Made by a program: the position numbers and the translations under genes
Part shown: piece by piece, positions 1-12,360 of the stretch
How positions within the stretch are numbered: the stretch's first letter is position 1
How the letters are laid out: every line of letters starts with the position of its first letter
Source of the DNA: Octopus sinensis
Taxonomy: Eukaryota
Assembly: GCF_006345805.1 (NCBI RefSeq)
Contig: NC_043011.1
Coordinates: 54,076,464-54,140,463, forward strand
Length of the DNA stretch: 64,000 nucleotides
Direction: 5' to 3'
The notes under the pieces: generated by a model
The model's database searches: none
What the model saw: the letters and a program-made list of their open reading frames with translations, nothing else
Told to the model about the DNA's origin: nothing

Positions 1-27
1 TTATTTGGCAATATTTGAGCTACTTAC

Positions 28-245
28 GTCCAGTGTATTCGAGAGATAGCAGTTCCGATCACCGTCGCCTTGGGAATGGTCTTTGAATGGCGTGTCCATG
101 GTACCACACATGTGATGCTCTGATAAACTGTAACCATACTGAGAAAACTGGATGCTGATTAGCGTGCCTTCAGGACAATATATGTACAACATTTTCCCAT
201 CACATAATGTCTCTCGGAACCGCATCAGGGAGCTTGAAAGGAGAC
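28..245 (-). CDS. eva-1: Internal coding exon of an eva-1/EVA1C-like SUEL (Gal-lectin) domain protein
   Basis: Translates (G)LLSSSLMRFRETLCDGKMLYIYCPEGTLISIQFSQYG...HHMC...NCYLSNTLD, with the C-x8-C-x-I-S-I-Q-x3-YG pattern of the SUEL N-terminal half. Acceptor ttttctgtgttctttaaatcaacAG ends at 246 and donor GTAAGT is at 27-22. The exon is 218 nt (phase 1 to phase 0). As I recall, EVA1C has an exon break at the same place, before KV-x2-ECQ. Latrophilin fits less well. Confidence 0.75.
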
Positions 246-719
246 CTGTTGATTTAAAGAACACAGAAAAACATCATTAATTTTATGTTCTCAAACCTAT
301 CTATTCTTGATTTGAAATCGGGCTGGGTCCAATTTTTCAATAAAAAGAATTTTGGGTGGGGGGTAAAATATGAATCGGTTGCTGAATAGGGTCAAGTGAA
401 CTGTCAGCAATTTCTGTCTGATATAACTTGTTTTTATGCTTTAGGAAAAGCAATTGTCATTGGTGTTGGAATCTTCATTTTCCGCACTTGTATTGCTTGG
501 ATAGTTTGACAAGCTCCAACAAGCTAGAGGACTGCAGAAAGCTCAGATGTATGTTTTGGCATGGTTTCTATAGCTGGATGCCCTTCCTAGTGCCAAACAC
601 TTTACAGTGTGTACTAAACACTTTTTTTTTACATTGCACCAGCACCATTGAGGTAACCAAGTAACCTGCAAGACAAAACTCTCTCAGCTGAGTGGGGAAT
701 AGTATTAAGTAGGAGTAGA

Positions 720-1120
720 TTTATGCTAGGTTGTTGGCATCCTTTTGTCTCGAGAGACAATGAAGTTGCACATAAACTAATCCAGTCTGGTTTTTACATT
801 TCATGTCCTCTCCAGTTTCGCATAGGCCTGGGCTAGATGTAAGAAAATCCTGGGCAGCCCAATCGTCAGGATTCCTCTCTCGACCTTGCTGACGTAGCCC
901 AAAGGAGTGCAGAGCATTACGTTTGGCACCAGCTTCGTTGCAGAAGCTGCTAGAAGAGTGTCGAATCAAACACTAAACTGCCTACGGGGCTCCACTCTGG
1001 ATTTCTTTGAAGGTTGTCTCCTTTTCGTAACCCTGGATAGGGGCCCATATGGGGTACTGTCAGCAGGAGCCAGCTAAGCCCAGGACTCGTGTCAGGCAGG
1101 GTCACCCATTACCTAATGCT
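720..1120. mobile_element. Probable degraded LINE-derived (RTE-like) fragment
   Basis: Non-coding stretch (acgtttggcaccagc...ggggctccactctggatt) resembling 5' regions of RTE-type elements, from memory only; no ORF support. Confidence 0.25.
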
Positions 1121-1759
1121 AGGTAATGAGAGGTTAAAGCAGTGGTTCTTATCTGGGCTCCATATGTTCATATAAGATGTTTGAGGGTCCAAGCATGTAT
1201 GTATGTATGTATGTCCTAGGTATGACTTTAAACTGCACAGGACTTCCAGAGTTTTGAGGAGTGTGGAATAATCTCTTAGCCATTATTGCTCCCGAGTCTA
1301 ATCTGGCTCAGTGTAGTAGCTATGGGTTAACTAGCATATGAACCAACAAGCGAAGGACCCCTAGTCCTCATTAGAACTTCCTTCCAGGAGAAGGTAAACT
1401 CATTTAAAAATCCTAAGGTGCAGATGCTTTCCGATCATCTCAACCTTTGTGACACCACTAGTTTTATAGCTGGTTGCACTGAAAAATGGGCTCAGTGCTG
1501 TGCAACACTTTAATCCACTCAAAACAAATTCACGTTCAAGAACTTCTTGGACTCTTGGAACATTCGCAGAGACTTTACTGGGTTTAAGAAATGGTCTTTC
1601 TCATGCAGTCTGCACTCTTCAGGTTGAAATGTGACAGTTAAGTTATGTTTGGCTGGTTGCAGTGTGGCACCAATGTCCTGAGGTGCAGTGTGGCATTACG
1701 GCAATCAAAGAATATAGTTTGGGATACCAAAATGAGTTTGAATTTAATTTCTTTCTTCT

Positions 1760-1972
1760 ACAGGCACAAGGCCTGAAATTCTAGGTTGGAGTGTCGGGAT
1801 TCATCTATTACACTGACTCCAATGCTTGTCTGGTACTTATTTTATCGACCCTGAAAGGATGAAAGTCAAAGTTCACTTCAGTGGTGTCTGAACTCAGATA
1901 TAAAGAACCAGAAGAAATGTTGCTAAGTGATTTCTCTGGCATGCTAATGATTCAGCCAGTTTGCCATCTTAG
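1760..1972 (-). mobile_element. tRNA-derived SINE family B, old copy
   Basis: Diverged match to the family-B core (gtcgactttgcctttcatcctttcggggtcgataaa-taagtacc), which recurs many times in the window. Confidence 0.7.
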
Positions 1973-2149
1973 AATTTGAATTTAATTTTAAAAAATAGAA
2001 AAATATGTGTAAGATAAGAAACACACTCCTATGAACTCCACAGGCCCTTCCTAACTGGTGGCACTGATGCAGTTGATGCAAGACCCTTGCTCCTGTATTT
2101 CTATCATACTTTTATATCTTTCTACACTATATAAACTCAGTTGAGGGTG

Positions 2150-2400
2150 TCTTGTCTTGCAGTACTTGGTGCCATGGGAAATGCATCCAGTACACTCCAT
2201 AGATTGGTTGGTGCTAGGAAGGTCATCCGGCTGTAAGACCTAAGCCAAACCAGGCATTGTAGCTCAGTGCAGCCAGCAGGCTTGTCTGTTCTTGTTGAAC
2301 TGTTCAGCTCATGTCAGCATGGAAAAAAAGGGATATTAGAAGATGATGATGATGATGGTGACGACGATGGTGACGATGACAACGATGATGATGATGATGA
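2150..2400 (+). mobile_element. Interspersed repeat with (GAT)n tail (SINE-like)
   Basis: ggttggtgctaggaaggtcatccggctgtaa...catgtcagcatggaaaa...gatgatgat; related fragments near 5445-5485, 6330-6380 and 57615-57655. Confidence 0.45.
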
Positions 2401-2764
2401 AATTCCAGATATTGTATAAACATTAACCGAAAAAATATAAATCCCAAAAGAGTAAAAAAAAAAAAATAACCCCAAGAAAACCCCAAAACTCATTGAAATA
2501 AACATTAATTCATAAAATTATTTGATACTGAAATGAAGTGAATAGCCCTGGGTGGAAAACAAGATGTCAGAATGAAGCAGAATGAAAGAACAGCAGAGAT
2601 TTATTAGTTCTTTCTGTTTTTCTCTTATGGGGGATTATGTTAAGAAAGCCCCACCCTGATATGGCATTTTGACAGTTGTTGATAGTCATCAAATTTCTGG
2701 GTTTGACCTGTTTTTCTTTCCTCAGTCACTAAGGGGTTTTGATTGAAAGGATATCTTTACCACA

Positions 2765-2911
2765 TCTTTTACTTGTTTCAGTCATTTGACTGTAGCCATG
2801 CTGGGGCAACCCCTTAGGGAATTTTAATCAAATTAATCAATCCCAGTACTTAGGTCTTTTTTAAAGCCTGGTACTTATTCTATCAGTTACTTTTGCCAAA
2901 CTGCTAAATGG
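2765..2911 (-). mobile_element. SINE family A, 3' part
   Basis: ttttacttgtttcagtcatttgactg...ccatgctgg...tacttattctatc matches the family-A 3' half; it ends at the TTAA of the adjacent MITE. Confidence 0.7.
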
Positions 2912-2915
2912 TTAA

Positions 2916-3490
2916 CCTTTTAGCTTTCAGAATACTCTGTCTAATATAAAAGGTAAAGACGTCCTTTAGTCATGAATGACTATGGGATTGCACCTACAAA
3001 GTTTCTCTCCGAGACACAAGTCTGGGCAAGGTAGATTTTATGGAAGACCAACAGTCATCCATGCATACCAGCCTCTCTTCTCCTGTCACCAATGTTGTCC
3101 AAGGGAAAGGCAAAGGCCAATACACCTTGGCATCAGTGACATCGTAACTCATTTCTACAGCTGGGTGAACTGGAGCAACGTGAAATAAAAAGTGTTTGCT
3201 CAAGAACACAACGCAGGACCCAGTCCAGGAATCGAACTCATTACCTCATAATTGTGAGCCGGATGCTCTAACCAGTGAGCCATGCACCTTCACTGTCTAA
3301 TGTAACACTTACTTATTCACCTTGTTTTGAGTTAATCATGCATTATCTCATAGCTTTGAGATTTTGATGATGTGGTTGCTTATTTTTAGAATGACGTTGT
3401 AGGGTTGGTGTGAGAGGCTGGACCTGGCTGGTTTGAAGATAAAACGTATAATATTTGAGCTGGATATGGCTAGTTTAAAATGCTAAACAG
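2916..3490. mobile_element. piggyBac-like MITE copy 1 (interrupted by SINE D)
   Basis: TTAA at 2912-2915 and 3491-3494; termini ccttttagcttt / aaatgctaaacag are degenerate inverted repeats; the body is homologous to 3495-4102. Confidence 0.55.
2946..3292 (-). mobile_element. tRNA-derived SINE family D, full length
   Basis: Head tggctcactggttagagc...gagttcgattcc (A and B boxes); 9-bp TSD ctgtctaat at 2937-2945 and 3293-3301; homologous to 52803-53098. Confidence 0.8.
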
Positions 3491-3494
3491 TTAA

Positions 3495-4102
3495 TCCTTT
3501 AGCATTCAGATTACTCCATCATATATAATACTCTTACTCTTTTACTTGTTTCAGTCATTTGACTGCAGCCATGCTGGAGCACTGCCTTTAGTCGAGCAAA
3601 TCGACCCCAGGACTTATTCTTTGTAAACCTAGTACTTATTCTATTGGTCTCTTTTGCCAAACTGCTAAGTTATGGCGATGTAAACACATCAGCATCGGTT
3701 GTCAAGCGGTGTTGAGGGGACAAACACAGACACACAAACATATACACACACATACATAAATACGACGGGCTTCTTTCAGTTTCCGTCTACCAAATCCACT
3801 CACAAGACTTTGGTCAGCCCGAGGCTATAGTAGAAGACACTTGCCCAAGGTGCCACACAGTAGGAATGAACCCGAAAACATGTGGTTGGTAAACAAGCTA
3901 CTTACCACACAGCCACTCCTGCGCCTATATAGTGCTTATTTATTCACACTATTTTGAATTAATCATGAGATTTTGATGATGTGGTTGTTTACTTTTTAGA
4001 ATGACATTGCAGGTCAGGTGTGAGAGGTCAGACCTGACTGGCTGGCTTTGACATAAAACAGATATAATTCTTGGGAAGAAATGACTGGTTTAAATGCTAA
4101 AA
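3495..4102. mobile_element. piggyBac-like MITE copy 2 (interrupted by SINE A)
   Basis: Begins ttaa|tcctttagcattcagattactc and ends aaatgctaaaac; same body as copy 1. Confidence 0.5.
3531..3926 (-). mobile_element. tRNA-derived SINE family A, full length
   Basis: Head ggcgcaggagtggctgtgtggtaag...gggttcattcc, internal (TG/TA)n, tail gaaacaagtaaaagagtaagag. Confidence 0.85.
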
Positions 4103-4499
4103 CACTGATGCCATCCAAAGGGCATACTCCAAGATACCCATCTTCTTATAAAACAGTGTAATTGAGGCTAGAATGCAATGACCATAGGTTTACCCGGTCA
4201 GAACTGACCAGAGTTGAAAGAAGAAGAAATGCACCAACATTGGCAACAATAACATCAACATCGATAAAAAAAAACTAGGCCATCATTTCACTCTGTTTTA
4301 GCATTTTACAAAAGTCAGATATCAGAATTGCGCAACATTTTTTTTACTTTTATTTTTTTTTTAATCTAAAAATTCAGTTCTTTTACTGGAATATTTCTAT
4401 GCATGATGTTCTGAAGATTATGTCTCTTAGATAAAACAATATTCATCATCTAATGGATTGCAATTTTTATGGAATTTATACTAGAATGTTTCTTTAAGA

Positions 4500-5790
4500 C
4501 AAATAATAATGATAATAATAACAATAATAATAATAATAATAATAATAGTAATAATAATGATAATAGACAGTGAATTTCTTAGACATTCTCTTGTTTTATA
4601 TATGTGTGTGTGTGTGTGTGCATATGTATATAGGTATATAGTCTGTATGTGTGTGTATATGTGTGTATGTGTGCATGTGTGCAATGAGTGTGTGTATGTG
4701 TGTGTATGTGTATATATGTATATATATATATACACACACACACACATAGGCTCATATTTAATGCATATACACATGTGTATGTGTATATGACTATATATAT
4801 ATATGTATATATATTATATATATATAATATATATACATACACACACATATATATGCTTGTACAGACAGATAGATATTCACGCACACACACACACGCGCAC
4901 ACATATATATATGCATACACACACATATGCACTCAGACACATAGACATACATATGTGTGATAAGTGTGTGTGTGTGTAAATATAAGCACACTCACACACA
5001 TGTGCACACACACAAACACTCTTCTACATACATTCATACACACACTAGTATGCAATTATATTCTATAGAACTTTTACTTTTGTACTTCTTCCACGTGTTG
5101 GAGACTAATAATTTCCAGTTGATATTTTTTTAAAACCATTCAGATTAGCCATTTGCTTGTGTTTAGGAGTGGAGGTAGTGCTGGTGGTGGTGGTGGTGGT
5201 GGTGGTGATGCATGGGGGGGGGGGAGGGGAACTGTACAACCAATTTTGAGATGAAATTCTCTCAAAATACACATATACATACATATATACATACGTACAT
5301 ACATGTATTACATGCATACAAGCATTTGTATATATATATATATATATATAGGGACAGACAGACACACAGACACACAGACAGATAGATAGACTGATTGATA
5401 GATAGATAGATAGCATATATATATATATCATCATCATCATCATCATCACAGACGTTAAACGATGATGATGATGATGATGATGATATATATATATATGCTA
5501 TCTATCTATCTATCTATCTATCAATCAGTCTATCTATCTGTCTGTGTGTCTGTCTGTCCCTTTATGTATTTGTTTGTTGCCCTATCTATCTGTCTGTGCT
5601 TCTGTCTGTCTCTATTTCTCTAACCATATATGCTTATACCCATATACACACAGCCTCAGACACACAGACACAGTCACAGCCACACTTACATACAGACATT
5701 TACAACTCCACCCCACACAATATTCATACATACATAAAAATTCATGCATATATATATATATATATTATATAATATATTATATATATATAT
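4500..5790. repeat. Compound microsatellites (AAT, TG/CA, TA, GGT, GATA, CAT)
   Basis: Directly visible. Confidence 0.9.
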
Positions 5791-5876
5791 ATTTAAAAAT
5801 TAAGGGTAGAAATTGATATTAGTCAATTAAAAACCAGTGGTCTGCACATTAAAAAGAATCCGAAGATTAAAAGATT

Positions 5877-6108
5877 TATATATACCAATTAAGGACTGAA
5901 CACGAAAAGGTGGACAGTCAACATGCTAGATATAGACGTCAAATCGCCATTCTCCACAAAGATTTTGTTCTCAAATAAAAATAAAAATAAAAATATTTTT
6001 ATTTTATTTTTATTTGAGAACAATCTTTGTGGAGAATGGCGATTTGACGTCTATATCTAGCATGTTGACTGTCCACCTTTCGTGTTCAGTCCTTAATTGG
6101 TATATATA
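5877..6108. repeat. Near-perfect palindrome, about 116-bp arms, no spacer
   Basis: tataccaattaaggactgaacacg...caaataaaaataaaaataaaaat | attttt...cgtgttcagtccttaattggtata; the arms differ only by short indels in A/T runs. Confidence 0.9.
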
Positions 6109-6149
6109 TATATACATATATCCATTTATGTATCTTAAATTATACGTAA

Positions 6150-6377
6150 ATGCATGTGTACGCACTGATTGATATATATATATATATATATATAGGTATT
6201 ACAATGTTTAAGTATATGTGTATGTATGCATGTGTGTGTGTATGTGTGCATGTGTGTGTGTATCTATCTATCTTTCTAGCTATCTTTTCATACATACATA
6301 CATAGATGCATATATATACACACACACACATATCATCATCGTTTAGCATCTGCTTTCCATGCTAACATGGGTTGGAC

Positions 6378-6411
<34 letters not shown>

Positions 6412-6560
6412 GTATATATACATATATATATATGTATATAGACATATTTGCATATGATTTTGTGAAAATTGTATCTTAGTAACTTAGTAATATACCTGCC
6501 TGCATAGCTACATAGCTACTCAATCACTTATCTATCTATCTATCTGTCTGTCGGTCTATG

Positions 6561-6591
<31 letters not shown>

Positions 6592-7720
6592 GTATGTATG
6601 TATGTACGTATGTATGTATGTATGTATGTATGTATGTATGTATGTATCTATCTATCAGTCTATCTGTTTGTCTGTCTGTTCGTCTCTCTCTCTCTCTCTT
6701 TCTCCTTGTCTGTCTACGCATTCACCCCACACTTTCTTAGTCCCTTATTTATACACACCAGCTGCTGCATATATTCATATTAAATATCTGTCTGAAGGGA
6801 GCAGTCTCATTATGTTTGTGCTTTTTTTGTAAGGATTCCAGCCCCTGATCCCTCAGAAAACAATAGCTAATCACTAAAATCCTTTCCCTAACCCCCAACT
6901 TCTTTCATCCTTAGGGTCCTGTTTCTATGAACTGGTTGCCTACCTGTTGGAGGGTGCATACACACTCATGCACACACATACACATACCTGCAAACTTATG
7001 TGCACACACACACACACACACACACATACACATACACATATTCATATATGTATACACACATATACATATATACATAAGCACACATATACATGCATACATA
7101 TATACGTACATATATGCATACACTACTTCTTTCTTTCTCTGTTACCAGCACCAGCACCAGCACCATTACCACTACTGCCACAACAACAACAGTAACGAGT
7201 ACAACTATTGCTATGACCACCACAACAATAACAAGAAGTACAGCCACCACCACCACCACCATCACCACCACTGCTACCACCAACACCACTGCTACCAATA
7301 CCACCATCACTGCTGCAACCACCACCACTACTACCACCACCACACCACCACCACCACACCACCACCACCACCACCACCACCACCACCACCACTGCCACTA
7401 TGATTATCATCACCACTATACAACCTATCACTACCTTCACCATCATGGCCACCCCTACAACCACAGCCACCACCACATCCACCACCACATTAACAACAAC
7501 AACAACAACGACGACGACGACGACCACCACCACCACCCACTAGCACCACAACCACTACACCACCACTACCGCCACTACCACTACCACCACAGTAATAACA
7601 AGCACAACTACTACCATAACCACAACCACCCTATCACTACCGCAACGCAATAACAGGAACAATAAGCACAACTACCACCACTGTCACCACCGTCACCACC
7701 ATCACCACCGGTGTATCAGA
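6150..7720. repeat. Compound microsatellites (TA, TATG, CA, CAC/CAA)
   Basis: Directly visible; source of the poly-T/H/V ORFs. Confidence 0.9.
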
Positions 7721-7995
7721 ACCATTACCATTATCCTCCTCTTCCCTTCCCCCATGACATCACTACAGGTAAACACAGGTGTTATAACTGATTATCTGAC
7801 CTACACCTCTAGACATACCTGTATCCTGATTGCAATATATTTCCTGGTATATATATGTGTCATGTGGTGAGTGTGTGTGTGTCTGTGTTCAAGAGCACAT
7901 TCTGTTGTGCTTTGGAAGAATTTTATGTCAAATCTAGAAGATAATACAGATTTGCACATGCACACATATCAACCCACCTATATACATACATGGAA

Positions 7996-8028
7996 TATCT
8001 ATCTATCTATCTATCTATCTATCCATCC

Positions 8029-8123
<95 letters not shown>
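7996..8123. repeat. (TATC)n, left flank of the Tx1 insertion
   Basis: Pure tetranucleotide array abutting the LINE 5' junction. Confidence 0.95.
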
Positions 8124-8126
<3 letters not shown>

Positions 8127-9780
8127 GATAGGGTAGACCATCGATACTTGGAGGCAGTCCTGAGAGCGGCTGGTTTCGGTCCCGTCTTCCGCGGCTGGAT
8201 AGCTGCCTTGTACAGAGGCATCCGTTCGGTAATTCGCGTAAATGGACATCTATCGAGACCCTTCGACATTGCACGTTCGGTCCGTCAGGGATGCCCCCTC
8301 TCGGCGCTTCTATACGTATTGACTCTTGAGCCACTACTGCGGAAGCTGGCGACTCTGAGGGGCATCCCGCGAGAATTAGGATGCGGGACGAGCGTGTCTG
8401 CATACGCGGACGACGTCACCGTCATAGTGTCAAGCACGAGCACATCGAAGCGGGTCGGCGAGACACTGAAAGACTACGAAGCGGTGACAGGAGCAAAAAT
8501 CAACCGGGAAAAGTCAGTGGGCTTGCGGCTCGGCACCTGGAGAAGCAAGCCCATGCGGTCCACCAGTACCTCCGTCGTGGGACGCTGGACAGACGGCCCG
8601 GTTGAGTTGCTCGGGGTCTGGTTCGGTCCGGACCTCCAAATGGAGAAGAACTGGAACGAGATAACGAGTAGGGTGGTCACTCTCGCCCAGCAATGGGCCG
8701 AGAGGAAACTGTCCCTAAAAGGTCGGGGGAGGTGGTGAACGCGTACATCGCGTCCATCATCTACTACCGCCTGACCGTCGTACCTTGTCCCGACCCTACC
8801 ATCACCAAACTAGAACGCATCCTCTTCCGCTTCTTGTGGAAAGGATGCGTCCGATGGTCAGGCGATCCATTTGCTGTCAACACCCGTTAAAAGGAGGGCT
8901 GGGCATGCCGTGGTTGATGATGCGCAGACACGCGCTGAGACTGCGACATCTCCGGCTCTATGTAGACGACGGTGGAACAGGTGTGGTCGCCGTTTGTGAG
9001 GCACGTATTCCCGCAACTCGTCTCCATGACCGAACTACAGTCGTGGATCAAAAAGAGGCCGAAGAAGGGCGAATGGCACCGCGAGTGTCGCGTTGCTCTC
9101 AAGCAACTCTGCCGTCCCGGGTCGACCTTGAGTGACTTCAACACAACCAAAGCATTCTATAGGGGATTAGTGGAGGGGAGGTACGACGACGAGCTCGGGG
9201 CAAACCTGGGCGTCGACGAGGAATACCTGACCCGCCTGTTTCAAACGACTTTCGGCCCGGGACCTATGGACAACTTCCAGAGATCCCTGGCCTGGCGGTG
9301 CTACCGAGAAGCGCTACCCGTTCGGGATAAGCTCTATAGGCATGGCTCGAGAACACGGGGCCGACCTGCCCGAGATGCGGGCAGAGCGACGAAACCGCTC
9401 TGCACGCAATCGTGCAGTGTCCAGCAATTTCCCACCTGTGGGCTTATGTCGAACGACTGCTGTCACGTGTGGGACGTGTCGGTTTATCAGCCGAGTCTAT
9501 CGTTAATATCGTCACGCCTCCTTCCTTCAAGCGGGAAGGAAGAGCTAATTTTATCATACTTGTGGCTATGGCGAAAGAATGTATCTGGTGGACGCGTCTG
9601 AAAGGATTAGAGACAAACACTTTCTCTCTGGTCAATCTCTCATCAACTTCTTCAAGTATCACTTGAAGAAAAAGTGAGAGTAGAGAGGCAAGTTTTGTCT
9701 AGTGAATGTTTAAAAAAAGATGGGTGAATGTAGCAAGGATGGCACGTATGAATGACGAAGCCACCTTGACTATGATTCTA
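8124..9780 (+). pseudogene. Frameshifted Tx1 ORF2 (reverse transcriptase C-terminal half)
   Basis: ORF-track pieces 8148-8738, 8693-8890, 8785-9135, 8972-9601 and 9412-9666 join into one RT/zf-RVT reading frame through frameshifts. Confidence 0.8.
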
Positions 9781-10218
9781 TGAACCGTAAAAATTAATAC
9801 AGAGAGTTGCTTATTTGCAAAAAAAAAAAAAAAAAGAAATATAACATGTGACTTCATTGACCGAGGTTACCGTGGTCTTTTCCGTAGGCTTTTCTTTCCA
9901 CGGGTAAACCTCACCTGTCCCCCCCTTTACACTTCATATTGACATTCTGTGATAACGATACCTATTGATCAATTTTTTTCCTCTCCCCCTTTTTTTTTTA
10001 ACCCCCCCTTTTTTGTTTCCTCTTTCTCTCCTTTTACGATCCTTTTTGATCGACCACCCTTTTTTTTTTATTTTTTATTTTATTTTTATTTTTTTCTTAT
10101 TTTTTTATTTTTTATTTTTTATTTTTTATTTTTTATTTTTTTAAACCTTCAAAAGAAAAGCTCTACCTTGTAATTTGTTCTATCTGTGTGCAGACCTGTG
10201 TGGCTAATAAAGAAACAT
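8124..10218 (+). mobile_element. 5'-truncated Tx1/L1-clade LINE (RT, zinc finger, 3' UTR)
   Basis: GC-rich island encoding FDRVDH..., VRQGCPLS, AYADDVT, WFGPDL and LPVRDKL, followed by a T-rich 3' UTR ending aataaagaaac; the 3' UTR matches 46811-47248. Confidence 0.85.
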
Positions 10219-10249
10219 ATATCTATATCTATCATCTGTCTGTCTGTAG

Positions 10250-10280
<31 letters not shown>

Positions 10281-10334
10281 GTCTGTCTATATATCTATCT
10301 ATCTATCTATCTATCTATTAACTATCGATATAAA

Positions 10335-10374
<40 letters not shown>

Positions 10375-10375
10375 A

Positions 10376-10410
<35 letters not shown>

Positions 10411-10596
10411 TCTATCGATGGCAACAGGGACAACCTTTATGTTTGACTCTCATAGCTGCCACATATTGGCGATATTTAGCAGCAGCAGCAGCAGCAGCAG
10501 TAGTCTTCTTCTTCTTCTTCTTCTTCTTCTTCTTCTTCTTCTTCTTCTCTCTTCTTCTTCTTCTTCTTCTTCTTCTTCTTCTTCTTCTTCTTCTTC
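10219..10596. repeat. (TCTA/TCTG)n, (GCA)n, (TTC)n
   Basis: Directly visible. Confidence 0.9.
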
Positions 10597-10770
10597 GGCG
10601 GTGAGCTGGCAGAATCGATAGTGCGCTGGACGAAATAGTTAGTGGCACTTCGCCCGTTGCTACGTTCTGAGTTCAAATTCTTTTGAGATCGACTTTACCT
10701 TTCCTCCTCTCGAGGTCGATAAAACAGGTATCAGTTGAATACTGGGATGGATGTAATTGACTTTTCCCCT
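10597..10770 (+). mobile_element. SINE family B
   Basis: ggcggtgagctggcagaatcg...gagttcaaattc...gaggtcgataaaa. Confidence 0.75.
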
Positions 10771-10838
10771 TTTTCATCATCATCATCATCATCATCATCA
10801 TTCTATCCTCCTCCTCGCCACTTTAAAAAATTTTTTAT

Positions 10839-11200
10839 GTGTGTGTGTGTGTGTCTTTGTGTTTGTCCCCTCCCATCATTGCTTGACAACCGGTGTTGAT
10901 GTGTTTGCGTTCCCGTAACTTAACGTTTCAACAAAATACACTGATAGAATAAGTACTAGGCTTACAAAGAATAAGTCCTGGGGTCGATTTGTTCCACTAA
11001 AAAAAACCCCTGAAGGTGGTGCTCCAGCTTGGCCGCAGTTAAATGACTGAAACAAGTAAAAGAATACACACACACACACACACACACGATGGGCTTCCAT
11101 ATAGTTTCTGTTTAACCAAGTTCACTCACAAGGCATTAATCGATCCAGGGCTGTGGTAGAAGACACTTGCCCAATATACTGTGCAGTGGGACTGAACCTG
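10839..11200. mobile_element. Two SINE A half-copies in opposite orientation
   Basis: 3' half on + (10839-11066), then (CA)n and a 5' half on - (11067-11200). Confidence 0.7.
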
Positions 11201-11700
11201 AAACCCCCATACCTAAACATTCTGATCTTTCTGTTCCCCTTTCTTTTCTTTTTCAGTCCTCACTGCTACCACCCTCAAAGGGATCTGGATGGACCCCATA
11301 TGGGGAGTGCTGGGTTATGTGCAACAACCAGCCAACACCACCAACCAGAGAACTTTACTATCACCAAATCTGCCACTAAGTACTATTAAAGCCACGCTTA
11401 TAACCACCACGCCGCCACCGCCACCGCTTGCACCGTCGCCGCCGTCGCCGCCGTCGCAGCCTCCGTCGTCTCTGTCTCCGCACGATGTCGTACGTAAGAA
11501 GATTATAAGCTATATTCAATTCCTGTCTCCGCCAGCTGTTGTGTAAGTAGGAGCGGAAGTAGATCTCATCTGATCTGGTATTGACACCTGGACCATTACG
11601 TCGTTGTCGTCGTCTTCACCACCAAAACCACCACCACCACCACCACCATCATGATCATGACCACCACCACCACCACCACCACCACCACCCCACCACTATC

Positions 11701-11731
<31 letters not shown>

Positions 11732-12360
11732 TCATCATCATCACCATCATCATCATCAACATCAACATCATCATCATCATGACTTGTCGCCCTCGTCGTC
11801 AACACTATTAATCTGTAGTAGCAGCCACATCCCCCAGACCACCACCACTACCACCACCATCACTGCCGCCACAACCACCACTATCATGGCATTCGATCAC
11901 TTCCACTGCCAGAACCATTACTCATTCTATCACCACGATGTCGACATACTATATACAGTAGTTGTCCTAAAGCTGATCTTGTACCGATTCCAATGCAAGA
12001 AAAGAGAGTTTTTAAGCTTAACACAGTTCCGAGAAAAAAACCAAAACAAACAAACAAAGTAATTGGGAGAATTTTGTGAGATCAAATAGTGGAGTGAAGT
12101 TATCCACACAACAAGAAATACAATAAGCTCTTTTGGAATCTCAGAAGAAATCTTGTCAACAGAGAAAGGAAAAAGTTATGGCACATCTGCTGCACTTCCC
12201 AAAACCAAAGAGTCAGCCAAAACTCAAGTTGAAATGGCAAGGCATATCTCCACCCATAATTCTTTTTTTTAAATTTTTTTATTAATTCTCATTTTGAATT
12301 TTTCCATCATTTATTAATTCCTCATTTATATTCTTTAAACAAATTATATATCCAAACCAT

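Noticed and set aside
428-664. Cys-rich 78-aa ORF next to the exon
   Set aside because: TTG start, antisense to the gene, no recognisable motif.
6927-7653. Long His/Thr/Val-rich ORFs
   Set aside because: Translations of (CAC/CAA)n microsatellite, open in several frames.
11536-11542. 7-nt plus-strand microexon (ccgccag|ctgttgt|gtaagt)
   Set aside because: Good-looking splice sites, but no plus-strand gene is supported and such matches occur by chance.
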